Source: Candidatus Peregrinibacteria bacterium GW2011_GWF2_39_17 (lineage in GTDB: Bacteria; Patescibacteriota; Gracilibacteria; UBA1369; UBA12473). Taken from it: a stretch of 64,000 bases of DNA. Shown in pieces: positions 44,588-53,144 of the stretch. The notes beneath the pieces were generated by a model. That model was not told the DNA's origin and made no database searches. It was given only the letters and a program-made list of their open reading frames with translations. Location: positions 23,970-87,969 of the forward strand of contig LBWM01000001.1 in assembly GCA_000993615.1 (NCBI GenBank), given 5' to 3'. The translations under genes and the position numbers were made by a program. Numbering within the stretch: position 1 is the stretch's first letter; each line of letters begins with the position of its first letter.

Positions 44588-44589
44588 CC

Positions 44590-44790
44590 ATGGCCACAGA
44601 ATTAAATGCACCAGATATTGACACCGAACCAGGAGTAGCCCAAAAGCCGCGCAGGGAAGAAAGCGATACTGTGGATCAAGCAGTAGATGATGCTTGGAAT
44701 AAATTACAGGCAGCGCGAGCCAAAAGAGAGGCAGATGAAAAAGCGTGCCAGGGGGTTGACCCATTTTCCCCGAGAGGTATGGATTTTTAA
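44590..44790 (+). CDS. small acidic hypothetical protein (66 aa)
   Basis: ATG ORF placed relative to leader copy B just as ORF 43978 is placed relative to copy A. No motif recognised. Confidence 0.4.
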   Translation: MATELNAPDIDTEPGVAQKPRREESDTVDQAVDDAWNKLQAARAKREADEKACQGVDPFSPRGMDF

Positions 44791-44819
44791 CAAAATTTCA
44801 CTTCAAAAGGTAACGCAAT

Positions 44820-45380
44820 CTAATTTTCTTCTTGTCTCCCCTCCCAAAAACTTACCCCCACAAAAGCAATAGCTGGCAGGGAAAACCATAAATTGTAGTT
44901 TTGAATCATTAGCTGCACCAAATAAGAAGTGGGCGCGAAGGAATTTGCCACATCTATTTGACTTGCGCCAAGTAAAGAAAGACCGGAAACATAAAGCAAA
45001 AGGGTGCTGACAATTAGCCCCGCATTCAGGGTTCCAAAAAGTAAAATCATAAGCAGTTTCATTAGTGTTCCTTGGTCACGTTCAATAGAAACCGTAAATC
45101 CTCCGCGTACCGCAATAATCACGATAACCAAAATAAAAAATATAATTTTACCAATAATTAAAATTTCTTCGGAATTGGTTCCGGCTAAAAGGCTAAGAAT
45201 GGGCTTTTCTCCGCCTAAGTATTGTTGGGCTAAATTTCCCAGGCCATCGGCTGTCAACATGGCGATGTAGGCTGCAATGATGTTTTTAATAGTAGCGTCT
45301 CGTCCAATAATAAAGCTGTAGGCAATAATAATTGCGAAAAACAAAATAATCACTAAATCCCATGATAAGGAAATATTCAT
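44820..45380 (-). CDS. CvpA-like integral membrane protein
   Basis: 186 aa, 4-5 TM. The N-terminus MNISLSWDLVIILFFAIIIAYSFIIGRD resembles the CvpA family. Tentative. Confidence 0.5.
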   Translation of the reverse strand: MNISLSWDLVIILFFAIIIAYSFIIGRDATIKNIIAAYIAMLTADGLGNLAQQYLGGEKPILSLLAGTNSEEILIIGKIIFFILVIVIIAVRGGFTVSIERDQGTLMKLLMILLFGTLNAGLIVSTLLLYVSGLSLLGASQIDVANSFAPTSYLVQLMIQNYNLWFSLPAIAFVGVSFWEGRQEEN

Positions 45381-45445
45381 GAAATTATCCTAGTTTAAAT
45401 CTGATTTACTGGCAAGTATCCTTTTATTAATATTTACAAAGTCAG

Positions 45446-46573
45446 CTATTTTATTATTTTCGACAGCAGCCCCTCGTCACCATGGATATCGAGTCCAGCC
45501 TCTTTGGCTAATTGGTGATAAAGTTCCTTTTCTTTACGGCTCACCTTGCCTGGAATATTAATTTGAATTTTTACCTGATGATCACCTTGATTTTGCCCTC
45601 TGATAGAGCGCACTCCATGATCCTTTATCTTAAATATTTGACCATGTTGCGTTCCGGTCGGCATTTTTAATTTAACCTTACCATGCACTGTTTCAACTTG
45701 AATTTCATCCCCCAAAATCGCCTGAAGTACGTGAATCGTTATTGTTGAGTAAATGGTATTACCCTGGCGCTGAAATCGCGGATGGCTTGCAATGCTAAGA
45801 TGAAGATAAAGATCACCATGATTTCCGCCCATTATACCGGCTTCGCCTTTCCCGTTAATCCTTATTGTGGAGCCATTTTCAACACCACCTGGAATTTTAA
45901 CCGTTACAATACCTTTTTGGCGGACGCGCATCTGGCCGTGACATTGCGTGCATTTTTTCTCTGGAATTTGCCCAGCTCCTTGGCAGGCTTGACACGGATG
46001 AACAGTTTGGATATTCCCTAATAAAGTTTGGCGAATAGCGCGAATTTGGCCAGTTCCTTTGCATTCTTGGCAAGTAATTATTTTAGTCCCAGGCTCATTG
46101 CCATGACCGGAACAGTGCGGACAAGTTTCAGCCTTGGTTGTTTCTAGGGTTTTTTCAGTACCAAAGATAGCTTCTTCAAATGTTAAGTTAAGGACGCTTT
46201 CAATATCATTTCCCTTGATGGGGCCGCGTTTTTTGGTTCTGGTTTCCCTTTGTGCTGATCCGCCGAAAAATGATTCAAAAATATCCGCAAAACCTTCAAA
46301 TCCAGAAGGATCAAAGCCTGAAAAGCCTCCTTCACCCGGAAACCCCCCATTATTCCCTCCGGTTGAGCCAAATTGATCATATTGCTTGCGTTTCTTGGGA
46401 TCAGATAAAACTTCATAGGCAAAATTTATTTCCTTGAATCTGTCATCGGATTCAGAATTGTTTTTGTTAACATCCGGGTGATATTTTTGCGCCAATTTAC
46501 GATAAGCGCGCTTAATATCAAGCTCATTTGCCCCTTTCTGCACTCCTAAAATGGCATATAAGTCTTTATTCAT
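45446..46573 (-). CDS. dnaJ: Molecular chaperone DnaJ
   Basis: J domain with HPD (KYHPDVN). G/F-rich linker. Four CxxCxGxG zinc motifs ([32 protein letters not shown]). No dnaK or grpE adjacent. Confidence 0.93.
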   Translation of the reverse strand: MNKDLYAILGVQKGANELDIKRAYRKLAQKYHPDVNKNNSESDDRFKEINFAYEVLSDPKKRKQYDQFGSTGGNNGGFPGEGGFSGFDPSGFEGFADIFESFFGGSAQRETRTKKRGPIKGNDIESVLNLTFEEAIFGTEKTLETTKAETCPHCSGHGNEPGTKIITCQECKGTGQIRAIRQTLLGNIQTVHPCQACQGAGQIPEKKCTQCHGQMRVRQKGIVTVKIPGGVENGSTIRINGKGEAGIMGGNHGDLYLHLSIASHPRFQRQGNTIYSTITIHVLQAILGDEIQVETVHGKVKLKMPTGTQHGQIFKIKDHGVRSIRGQNQGDHQVKIQINIPGKVSRKEKELYHQLAKEAGLDIHGDEGLLSKIIK

Positions 46574-46777
46574 TGGTTTGATTTTATCAGAAAAGCGTAA
46601 AATTCAATAGCTCTAATAAAAATACAAAAGGGAAATATGTAAATTAAATTTAAGGTAAGCTTAAAAAGTTGGTGTTTTTGGCATAAGAAAGGGAAGAAAG
46701 GCACTAGTAAAGCTATGATCGTTGTTGTTTTAGGAATATCTAAGTTAAAGCTCTTTAAATAAAGGTAAAATAGTATT

Positions 46778-47123
46778 TTGATTAGTCGGAATTTTTGATT
46801 AGTTAATTAAAAAAAAGGAGTGATAAGGCGATTAGCTAATTAATGATTTTTGTGGAGATAATTTTCTAGATTTTATTATAAAAATGATAAGCCGAAATTT
46901 GGCTTCAATAAGGTATTTGTAAGTTACCGGGTAACAGAAATATTTATTTAAAATAGTATGTTGGTTAATCAACATATGTTTAAAAGATGTTCAAAAAATG
47001 TTGATAAGTCGATTTTATAATTTTGCGTAAATTTTATTAAATTGATATTACAATTTATGGCTTCATAAAGCCACAAAAAGTTGTTGACTAGTTGACTAGT
47101 TAACACATTTTGATTAGTCAACA
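46778..47123. promoter_or_regulatory. Cluster of TTGAyTAGTCAA-like operator sites in an ORF-free spacer
   Basis: TTGATTAGTCGG (46778), TTGATTAGTTAA (46795), TTGGTTAATCAACATATG (46961), TTGATAAGTCGA (47001), TTGACTAGTTGACTAGTTAACA (47084-47105), TTGATTAGTCAACATATG (47110-47127). Same motif type as at 43656-43701. Confidence 0.5.
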
Positions 47124-47333
47124 TATGCACAAAAAACGTTTTTAGATGGCTAGATTTGGCTTATTACTGCGAAAAAGGGTTGAAATGTTTTTCGGAATAC
47201 TATAAGGTTGGCAAAGTTATATATTCATGTCTTCCGACAGGGACTACTCGAAGCTCTGATCCTGTCCGGGTTTAGTGGGGGGGGTATAGAAAGTATATAG
47301 GTGTAGGGTGGCCTGTGGTGGTGAAGGGACTGG

Positions 47334-47409
47334 GGTCCCATCGTCTAGTGGTCTAGGACACCACCCTCTCACGGTGGAGACACGGGTTCGACTCCCGTTG
47401 GGACTACCA
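47334..47409 (+). tRNA. tRNA-Glu(CTC)
   Basis: GGTCCCA acceptor pairs with TGGGACT (G1.U72 wobble). D-arm GTCT-AGTGGTCTA-GGAC. Anticodon arm CCACC-CTCTCAC-GGTGG. TTCGACT T-loop, A plus CCA. 76 nt. Confidence 0.88.
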
Positions 47410-47696
47410 AAAAAGCATAAAAAAATATTCTGTCACGCTAAAGGGTGAAATGAAAATGGTAATGATGTAGTTATGAGTTGATAGAAAGCCCGAAATGGGT
47501 AAGTGCTATATGTTCCTTGAAAATTAGGTAAACCAAGAGTTCGATGGGGCACCAGGTCCATCGTGATAAATATGTGTAAAAGGGAATAAATTACCTTCCT
47601 TATATATAGGGACCAAATTTATTCTAAGAATCGAAATGTTTTAGTTTTCAATAATTTATTTCTAATTAAAATTTTATCCTTAACTTTTTTACCTCT

Positions 47697-50600
47697 ATGG
47701 AAAAGTTTAGAAAATCCATTGCTGGGGTAGGGTTAATGGCACTCTTAGTCTCTTTATTGGGATTTGGAGCCATTGCTCAGGCCAGCACATTTCCGGATGT
47801 ACCGGAAGATCACTGGGCATATTCAGCTGTTGAAGCTTTATATGCTACTGGTGTCGTCCAAGGTTATTCGGATGGTACTTATGGTGTAAATAATTACGCC
47901 AATCGCGCTGAATACGCGAAATTCGTTGTGGAAGCATTCAATATTCCTATGGATTCCAGCTATGACGCTGGTTTCACAGATGTTCCTGCCACGGAATGGT
48001 ATGCTCCTTATGTTAATGCCGCAGCTCAGAACGGTATCGTTAGCGGATATACAGATGCTGACGGTACTCCAACTGGGAAATATGGCCCATCTGACTCTAT
48101 TAATAGAGCCGCTGCCGCTAAAATGACTATGTTAGCTGCTGGCATCGCTGCCAATACTGACCGTGGTCCAAGTTTCTCTGATGTGGCTACTTCGGCTTGG
48201 TATTATAGTTATGTTCAGACCCTTTATAACTATCAGGTTGTTAGTGGTTACGGTGATGGCACATACCGCCCTGGTAACAATGTCTCTCGTGCTGAAATTG
48301 CAGTTATGATTGTAAACGGAATGAACCCTGTTTATCGTTATACAGAAGGTGACGACGACGATGATGTCGTCGACACTGATGGTGATGGTATTTTAGACGC
48401 TGATGATAACTGCCCTGCAGTTGCTAACCCTGATCAAGCTGACGCAGACGTTGATGGTGTTGGTAATGCTTGTGAGGTTGTTGTCCCAACTTCAAACGGT
48501 ACACTTACTGTTGCTGGTGGCACAGCTGTTAAGGGTGGATCAGTTCCTAAGGGTGCCACTGCCGTCGACATGTTAAATCTTAATTTGTCTGCTAGCGGTG
48601 AAGATATTATCGTTAGCGAATTGGTTTTCCACCGAGTAGGTGTTGGTTCTCATTCTGATTTCTCCAATGTTTACCTTTATGATGGAGCCAATCGTTTAAC
48701 AACTGGTCGAACAGTTTCTTCTGAAACTAACAATGTTACTTTTAGTGCCTTAAGCATAACTGTTCCTGCTAGCGCAGTTAAGGCTCTTACTGTTGTTGCT
48801 GATTTTTCATCCACTGCCGGAGCTGCTAATACAGATGCTTTCGAATTACTAAGTGCTGACGCCGTTACTTATAACGGACAAGCTCTTAGCGGAACATTCC
48901 CTATTAAAGGCGCTGATTATACGATCAGTGGTTCAACTGGTGGGGCAATTACTATTGCTCAATACGGCACTTTGCCTAACCCAACAGTTGGTGATATGGG
49001 AGCTGAAATTGCTCGCTTTAAATTAACTGCTGCTACTGAAGATCTTTACTTGAACCGCATTTCTCTTCGTGTTCGCGGTAGTGTAAGTTCTACTTTAGTT
49101 AGTAATTTCGTTTTAGAAACAGGCTCTGAAGATGTTGCCACAGTCGCTGCTTTAAATGGCAAGAGTCTAGCCGTGTTTGTTTTAGATACTCCAATTTTGA
49201 TCGCTAAGGGTAGCGACAAGATTTTTACTTTGAAGGCTGATATCGGAGCCGTTGATCCTAATGACACTATCGTTACAGATCTTGATGAAAATACTGACTT
49301 AGTTGCCATTGGAGCAGTTTACGGTTTTGGAGCTTCTGTAACTGCAACCGCTTATGATGGAAATACCGCTAGCGCTTCCACTAGCAGTTGTACAACTGTT
49401 ACTTGGGATGATGCTTCTTGTGTGACCGTTGAAGGTGGACAAGTTACGATTAGCTTCACAGGCCCTACTACTGGAAATGTAGCTATCAACTCCGATAACA
49501 CGGAAATGTTTGATTTCTCAATCACTTCCGCGATTGCTGTTGAGGTTCGCAAATTGACTTTCACGGTAGCTGTGACTACTGGTGATGCCGATGCTGATAC
49601 TGATGATTTATTCAACAGTACAACACCTAACTTCACTGATATCAAGATCGTTGATGGAGATACTGGTTTAACAGTTGGATCTGCTCAAGATGTTTCTACT
49701 TCAGGATCAGATACTACTCAGACCTTTGACTACACTGATGTCTTCACAATTGCTGCTGGCGAAACAAGACATCTTCAACTTACACTTGATATTGCTAACC
49801 AATCTGCTTTGGATGGCGAAATTGTCACTGCTTCTCTAAGTGCAGTTAGCACAAGTGAAGGTATTCTTAATACGGAAACTGGCGATTACGTCACTGACAT
49901 CGTTCCAAGTGGAGCAGTTAGTGGTAATGCCCAAACCGTTAGTTCGCCTTCTGTTTCCATCTCTTTGGCTTCCAGCCCAGTCAGCACCACGGTTGTTAAA
50001 GGTGCGACTAGCGTTGAGGCCGTAGGCTTCAATTTTACTGCCGGCAATGCTAATGACGTTAAGGTGACTGGTATTACCTTAACTGGTTATCTCGATGAAA
50101 ATATCGATGGAACCTATGCTGCTGGTGTTGATAATACGGTTTATATGAGTAGCGTGGTTTCTGCTGTAAGGCTTTATGATGGTTCTGGTAATCTTTTGAC
50201 ACCTAACCAAGAAAGCTTTAGTGGCACTGGTAGTACAGTTGCTTTTACTGGAATGAATTGGGTTATTAAATCAGGACAGACCCAGAAATTAGTTGTCGTT
50301 GCTGACGTGTACCGAAGTGGTATGCCTCACAATTCTAATAATGATATTTTCGGCTTTGATTTAGCTGATGTATCATCTGTGGTTACTGCTTATGACGAAT
50401 CCGGTCATACAGTTGATGCTACTAACGATTACGTAAACTGCGGTGGCACAAGTTGTACTGCTGCTCCAAGCCGCATTATTACTGTTCGGACTGCTGGTTT
50501 GGTCACCGTTGCATCTTCCACAAGTCCAGTTTTGCCTGATAAGGCAGTTGCTGGTGCAGATTCATCTACCGACCCATTGCTTGTTGGTCGCTATAAGATT

Positions 50601-51641
50601 TACGGTAATCACGAAGACTTCAAGGTTGAAGAGTTAACCATGATTAATTCTGGCAGTAATAATAGTGCCATTGATCAGGTTATTCTTCATTACCCAAGTT
50701 CTTTAACTAACTCCTCTTCCTTAGATTCTTCAGCAAGCGTTTCCCTTATTTCTGGGTCAGCTAGCTTCAAGGGATTATCCATGATGATTCCTCGCTCTGA
50801 CGATGCAGAAAATGCGGTATCGTTTGAAGTCTATGTAACCACCAATGATGTGAAGACAGGTGGTACTAGCACTGGAGATACTGTTATTATGAGTTTTGAT
50901 TACGATGCTAACTTTAAGGCTGTTGGTCAGGGTTCAGGGACAACTGTTACTCAAAGTTCAGGGGCTGATCTTTATGGATCAACAGCGAACGTTACCGGGA
51001 ATGCTGTGGCTCTCTATAAGACCTTACCAACTTTTACTAAGGATACTTCTGGAGCTACACGTTGTCCTTCTTCTACCTTAAGTCAAGGAACTGAATCTGA
51101 AGTTTATTGTCTTCAGGTTTCCGCCAATGCTAACGCTGACGTTGCTCTTTATAAATTGACTTTCGACGCTACACCAAACTTGCTTAATACTGGTTCTAGC
51201 GCTGGGCAATTAGCTAATGCTTCTGGTTGGAAGATTTACGAATACGACAGCAACGGTAATGTGAATAACACTGTTATTGCTACAGGTACTTGGGCAAGCA
51301 ACTCTGTTTCTATGTTCTTTACAGCTGAAGAAGTGATCACTAAGAACACAACTAGCTACTACGTTCTTAAAGCTCCTATTGCTTACTCCGCTGACCGTGG
51401 AGCTGCAAGCGCTAGCTTGACTGTTCGTTTAGCTGCTGAAAGTTCTACTGCTCACTTAGCTAGCACAACTGCTGCTTTAGCTCATGCTAACTCTGGCAAT
51501 AAGAACGTTTGGTCGGATATGTCCGATGCAGACCATAGTTCTAGTGCAGACGCTTTGGCTGATGCCACAGTGACTGACTGGACAGATAGCTACAAGCTTG
51601 AGTACTTATCAACTGATCGCTTAGAAATTAGTGAACCTTAA
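47697..51641 (+). CDS. SLH-anchored S-layer-like giant surface protein
   Basis: Signal peptide ...GFGAIAQA/STF. Three SLH repeats (FPDVPEDHWAYSAVEAL, FTDVPATEWYAPYVNAA, FSDVATSAWYYSYVQTL). Thrombospondin-type-3-like Asp-rich repeat DTDGDGILDADDNCPAVANPDQADADVDGVGNAC (nt ~48348-48476). Long T/S/V/A-rich beta-type body. The C-terminal ~400 aa are paralogous to 25240..26754. Confidence 0.88.
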   Translation: MEKFRKSIAGVGLMALLVSLLGFGAIAQASTFPDVPEDHWAYSAVEALYATGVVQGYSDGTYGVNNYANRAEYAKFVVEAFNIPMDSSYDAGFTDVPATEWYAPYVNAAAQNGIVSGYTDADGTPTGKYGPSDSINRAAAAKMTMLAAGIAANTDRGPSFSDVATSAWYYSYVQTLYNYQVVSGYGDGTYRPGNNVSRAEIAVMIVNGMNPVYRYTEGDDDDDVVDTDGDGILDADDNCPAVANPDQADADVDGVGNACEVVVPTSNGTLTVAGGTAVKGGSVPKGATAVDMLNLNLSASGEDIIVSELVFHRVGVGSHSDFSNVYLYDGANRLTTGRTVSSETNNVTFSALSITVPASAVKALTVVADFSSTAGAANTDAFELLSADAVTYNGQALSGTFPIKGADYTISGSTGGAITIAQYGTLPNPTVGDMGAEIARFKLTAATEDLYLNRISLRVRGSVSSTLVSNFVLETGSEDVATVAALNGKSLAVFVLDTPILIAKGSDKIFTLKADIGAVDPNDTIVTDLDENTDLVAIGAVYGFGASVTATAYDGNTASASTSSCTTVTWDDASCVTVEGGQVTISFTGPTTGNVAINSDNTEMFDFSITSAIAVEVRKLTFTVAVTTGDADADTDDLFNSTTPNFTDIKIVDGDTGLTVGSAQDVSTSGSDTTQTFDYTDVFTIAAGETRHLQLTLDIANQSALDGEIVTASLSAVSTSEGILNTETGDYVTDIVPSGAVSGNAQTVSSPSVSISLASSPVSTTVVKGATSVEAVGFNFTAGNANDVKVTGITLTGYLDENIDGTYAAGVDNTVYMSSVVSAVRLYDGSGNLLTPNQESFSGTGSTVAFTGMNWVIKSGQTQKLVVVADVYRSGMPHNSNNDIFGFDLADVSSVVTAYDESGHTVDATNDYVNCGGTSCTAAPSRIITVRTAGLVTVASSTSPVLPDKAVAGADSSTDPLLVGRYKIYGNHEDFKVEELTMINSGSNNSAIDQVILHYPSSLTNSSSLDSSASVSLISGSASFKGLSMMIPRSDDAENAVSFEVYVTTNDVKTGGTSTGDTVIMSFDYDANFKAVGQGSGTTVTQSSGADLYGSTANVTGNAVALYKTLPTFTKDTSGATRCPSSTLSQGTESEVYCLQVSANANADVALYKLTFDATPNLLNTGSSAGQLANASGWKIYEYDSNGNVNNTVIATGTWASNSVSMFFTAEEVITKNTTSYYVLKAPIAYSADRGAASASLTVRLAAESSTAHLASTTAALAHANSGNKNVWSDMSDADHSSSADALADATVTDWTDSYKLEYLSTDRLEISEP

Positions 51642-51687
51642 TAAGCTAAGGTTGAATTTCTACTCTATTGAGTAAGAGTTAAATAAA

Positions 51688-51721
51688 GGCCGCTCACCCC
51701 TTCGGGGGGAGCGGCCTTTTT
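51688..51721 (+). terminator. Strong intrinsic terminator after the S-layer gene
   Basis: GGCCGCTCACCCC-TTCG-GGGGGAGCGGCC followed by TTTTT. Confidence 0.85.
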
Positions 51722-51788
51722 GTGTATAATTTTTTTTATTATGATTTTTGCGTTAATAGCCATCTGCAAAACATGCTAAAATAAGTTT

Positions 51789-53117
51789 ATGAAAATTACG
51801 GTTATTGGTACTGGCTATGTGGGGTTAGTTAGCGGCGCCTGCTTAGCAGAACTTGGGCATGAGGTTTGTTGTACTGATTGTAATTTGGCTAAAATTAGCC
51901 TTTTGCTAAAAGGGGAGTTGCCCTTTTATGAGCCGCGATTAAAGGCTTTAATTAAAAAAAATTATTCCGTAAGGCTTAATTTTTCAGTTAAAACAATTCA
52001 GGCCATTCAATGGGCTGATATTGTTATTTGTGCTGTCGGGACACCTTCTAGTCAAAGGGGAGAGGTTGATTTAGGTGGAGTCTTTGCTGTTGGTGAGTTA
52101 TTTGGAAAATCAATTAAGAAATACACTTTATTTATTAATAAATCCACGGTTCCGGTTGGGACAGGAGAAAAGTTGAGATCACTCATCAGTGATGAATTAC
52201 AGAAGCGCAGGGATATTAGTAAAAAAGATGGCTTCCATTTTGAAGTAGTTAGCAATCCGGAGTTTTTAAGCGAAGGAAGTGCGGTAAAAGATTTTTTAGA
52301 GCCAGCTCGTATTGTGGTTGGTTGTGAATCTGATCGAGCCTTAAAAATGGTAAAAAAACTTTATCAAACTTTAATTAAACGAAAATTTACATTCTTGGTA
52401 ACTGATTTAAGGAGCGCGGAATTAATTAAATATGCAGCCAATGCTTTTTTGGCCACCAAGATTTCCTTCATTAATGAAATAGCTAATTTTTGCGAAAAAA
52501 AAGGAGCAAATATTCATTCGATTGCAAGAGGAATAGGCTTGGATCCTCGTATTGGATTAGATTTTTTACAGGCTGGAATTGGTTACGGCGGTAGTTGTTT
52601 ACCAAAGGATGTGCGGGCTTTACTGGCTTCTGGAAAAAAAGAGAATTATCATTTTCGGTTATTAAAAGCCGTGGATGAGGTTAATAAGAATCAGCCTACT
52701 TTAATAATTACTAAATTAGAAACTCTCTATCCCCGCCTCAAAAATAAAAAAATAGCGATTTGGGGGTTAAGCTTTAAGCCCAATACTGATGATGTGCGTG
52801 AAGCTCCTTCGTTAAAAATTATCACCAAATTACTAGAGAAGGGTGCCAAAATCAAAGCCTTTGATCCAATTGCGATGCCCAGTGCCAAAAGACAATTTAA
52901 CATCACCCGTAACCTCAAATACGCGGCGAATAAATATGCGGCCATTGAGGGGGCAGATGCTTTAGTTTTACTTACGGAATGGCCGGAATTTAAAAAAGCT
53001 GATCTTAAAAAAATTAAAAAAAAATTAAAAAAAGCCGTGGTTATTGATGCGCGAAATGTTTATAATCGTCAAAAAGTGGAGCAGGCTGGCCTCAAATATT
53101 ATGGAGTAGGTGCGTAG
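51789..53117 (+). CDS. ugd: UDP-glucose 6-dehydrogenase
   Basis: ITVIGTGYVGLVSGACLA Rossmann motif. GGSCLPKDV catalytic Cys region. 442 aa. Confidence 0.9.
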   Translation: MKITVIGTGYVGLVSGACLAELGHEVCCTDCNLAKISLLLKGELPFYEPRLKALIKKNYSVRLNFSVKTIQAIQWADIVICAVGTPSSQRGEVDLGGVFAVGELFGKSIKKYTLFINKSTVPVGTGEKLRSLISDELQKRRDISKKDGFHFEVVSNPEFLSEGSAVKDFLEPARIVVGCESDRALKMVKKLYQTLIKRKFTFLVTDLRSAELIKYAANAFLATKISFINEIANFCEKKGANIHSIARGIGLDPRIGLDFLQAGIGYGGSCLPKDVRALLASGKKENYHFRLLKAVDEVNKNQPTLIITKLETLYPRLKNKKIAIWGLSFKPNTDDVREAPSLKIITKLLEKGAKIKAFDPIAMPSAKRQFNITRNLKYAANKYAAIEGADALVLLTEWPEFKKADLKKIKKKLKKAVVIDARNVYNRQKVEQAGLKYYGVGA

Positions 53118-53144
53118 GGCTTAAAATTATTAAATCAAGTGTCT

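Noticed and set aside
43151-44820. Integrated mobile element at tRNA-Lys (excisionase-like HTH plus orphans)
   Set aside because: There is no integrase, no phage or conjugation genes, and I could find no direct repeat of the tRNA-Lys 3' end in the window. Only the accessory character of the two orphan ORFs remains as a finding.
46958-47020. 20-codon micro-ORF (MLVNQHMFKRCSKNVDKSIL) in the spacer
   Set aside because: It has no SD, and it is built almost entirely from two operator-like repeats, so the ATGs are more likely part of the CATATG-extended binding sites.
46574-47333. Replication origin (oriC) hypothesis for the large AT-rich spacer
   Set aside because: I found no DnaA-box consensus (TTATCCACA). 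The closest is TTATCTCCACA on the minus strand near 46850. No dnaA or dnaN is adjacent. The repeated motif matches the HTH-gene operators instead.
47221-47333. Known housekeeping RNA (SRP 4.5S, 6S, tmRNA, RNase P) upstream of tRNA-Glu
   Set aside because: None of the signatures I know (the SRP GGAAGCAGCC-type domain IV, the RNase P GAGGAAAGTCC box, the tmRNA tRNA-like ends) is present. Kept only as an unassigned structured segment.
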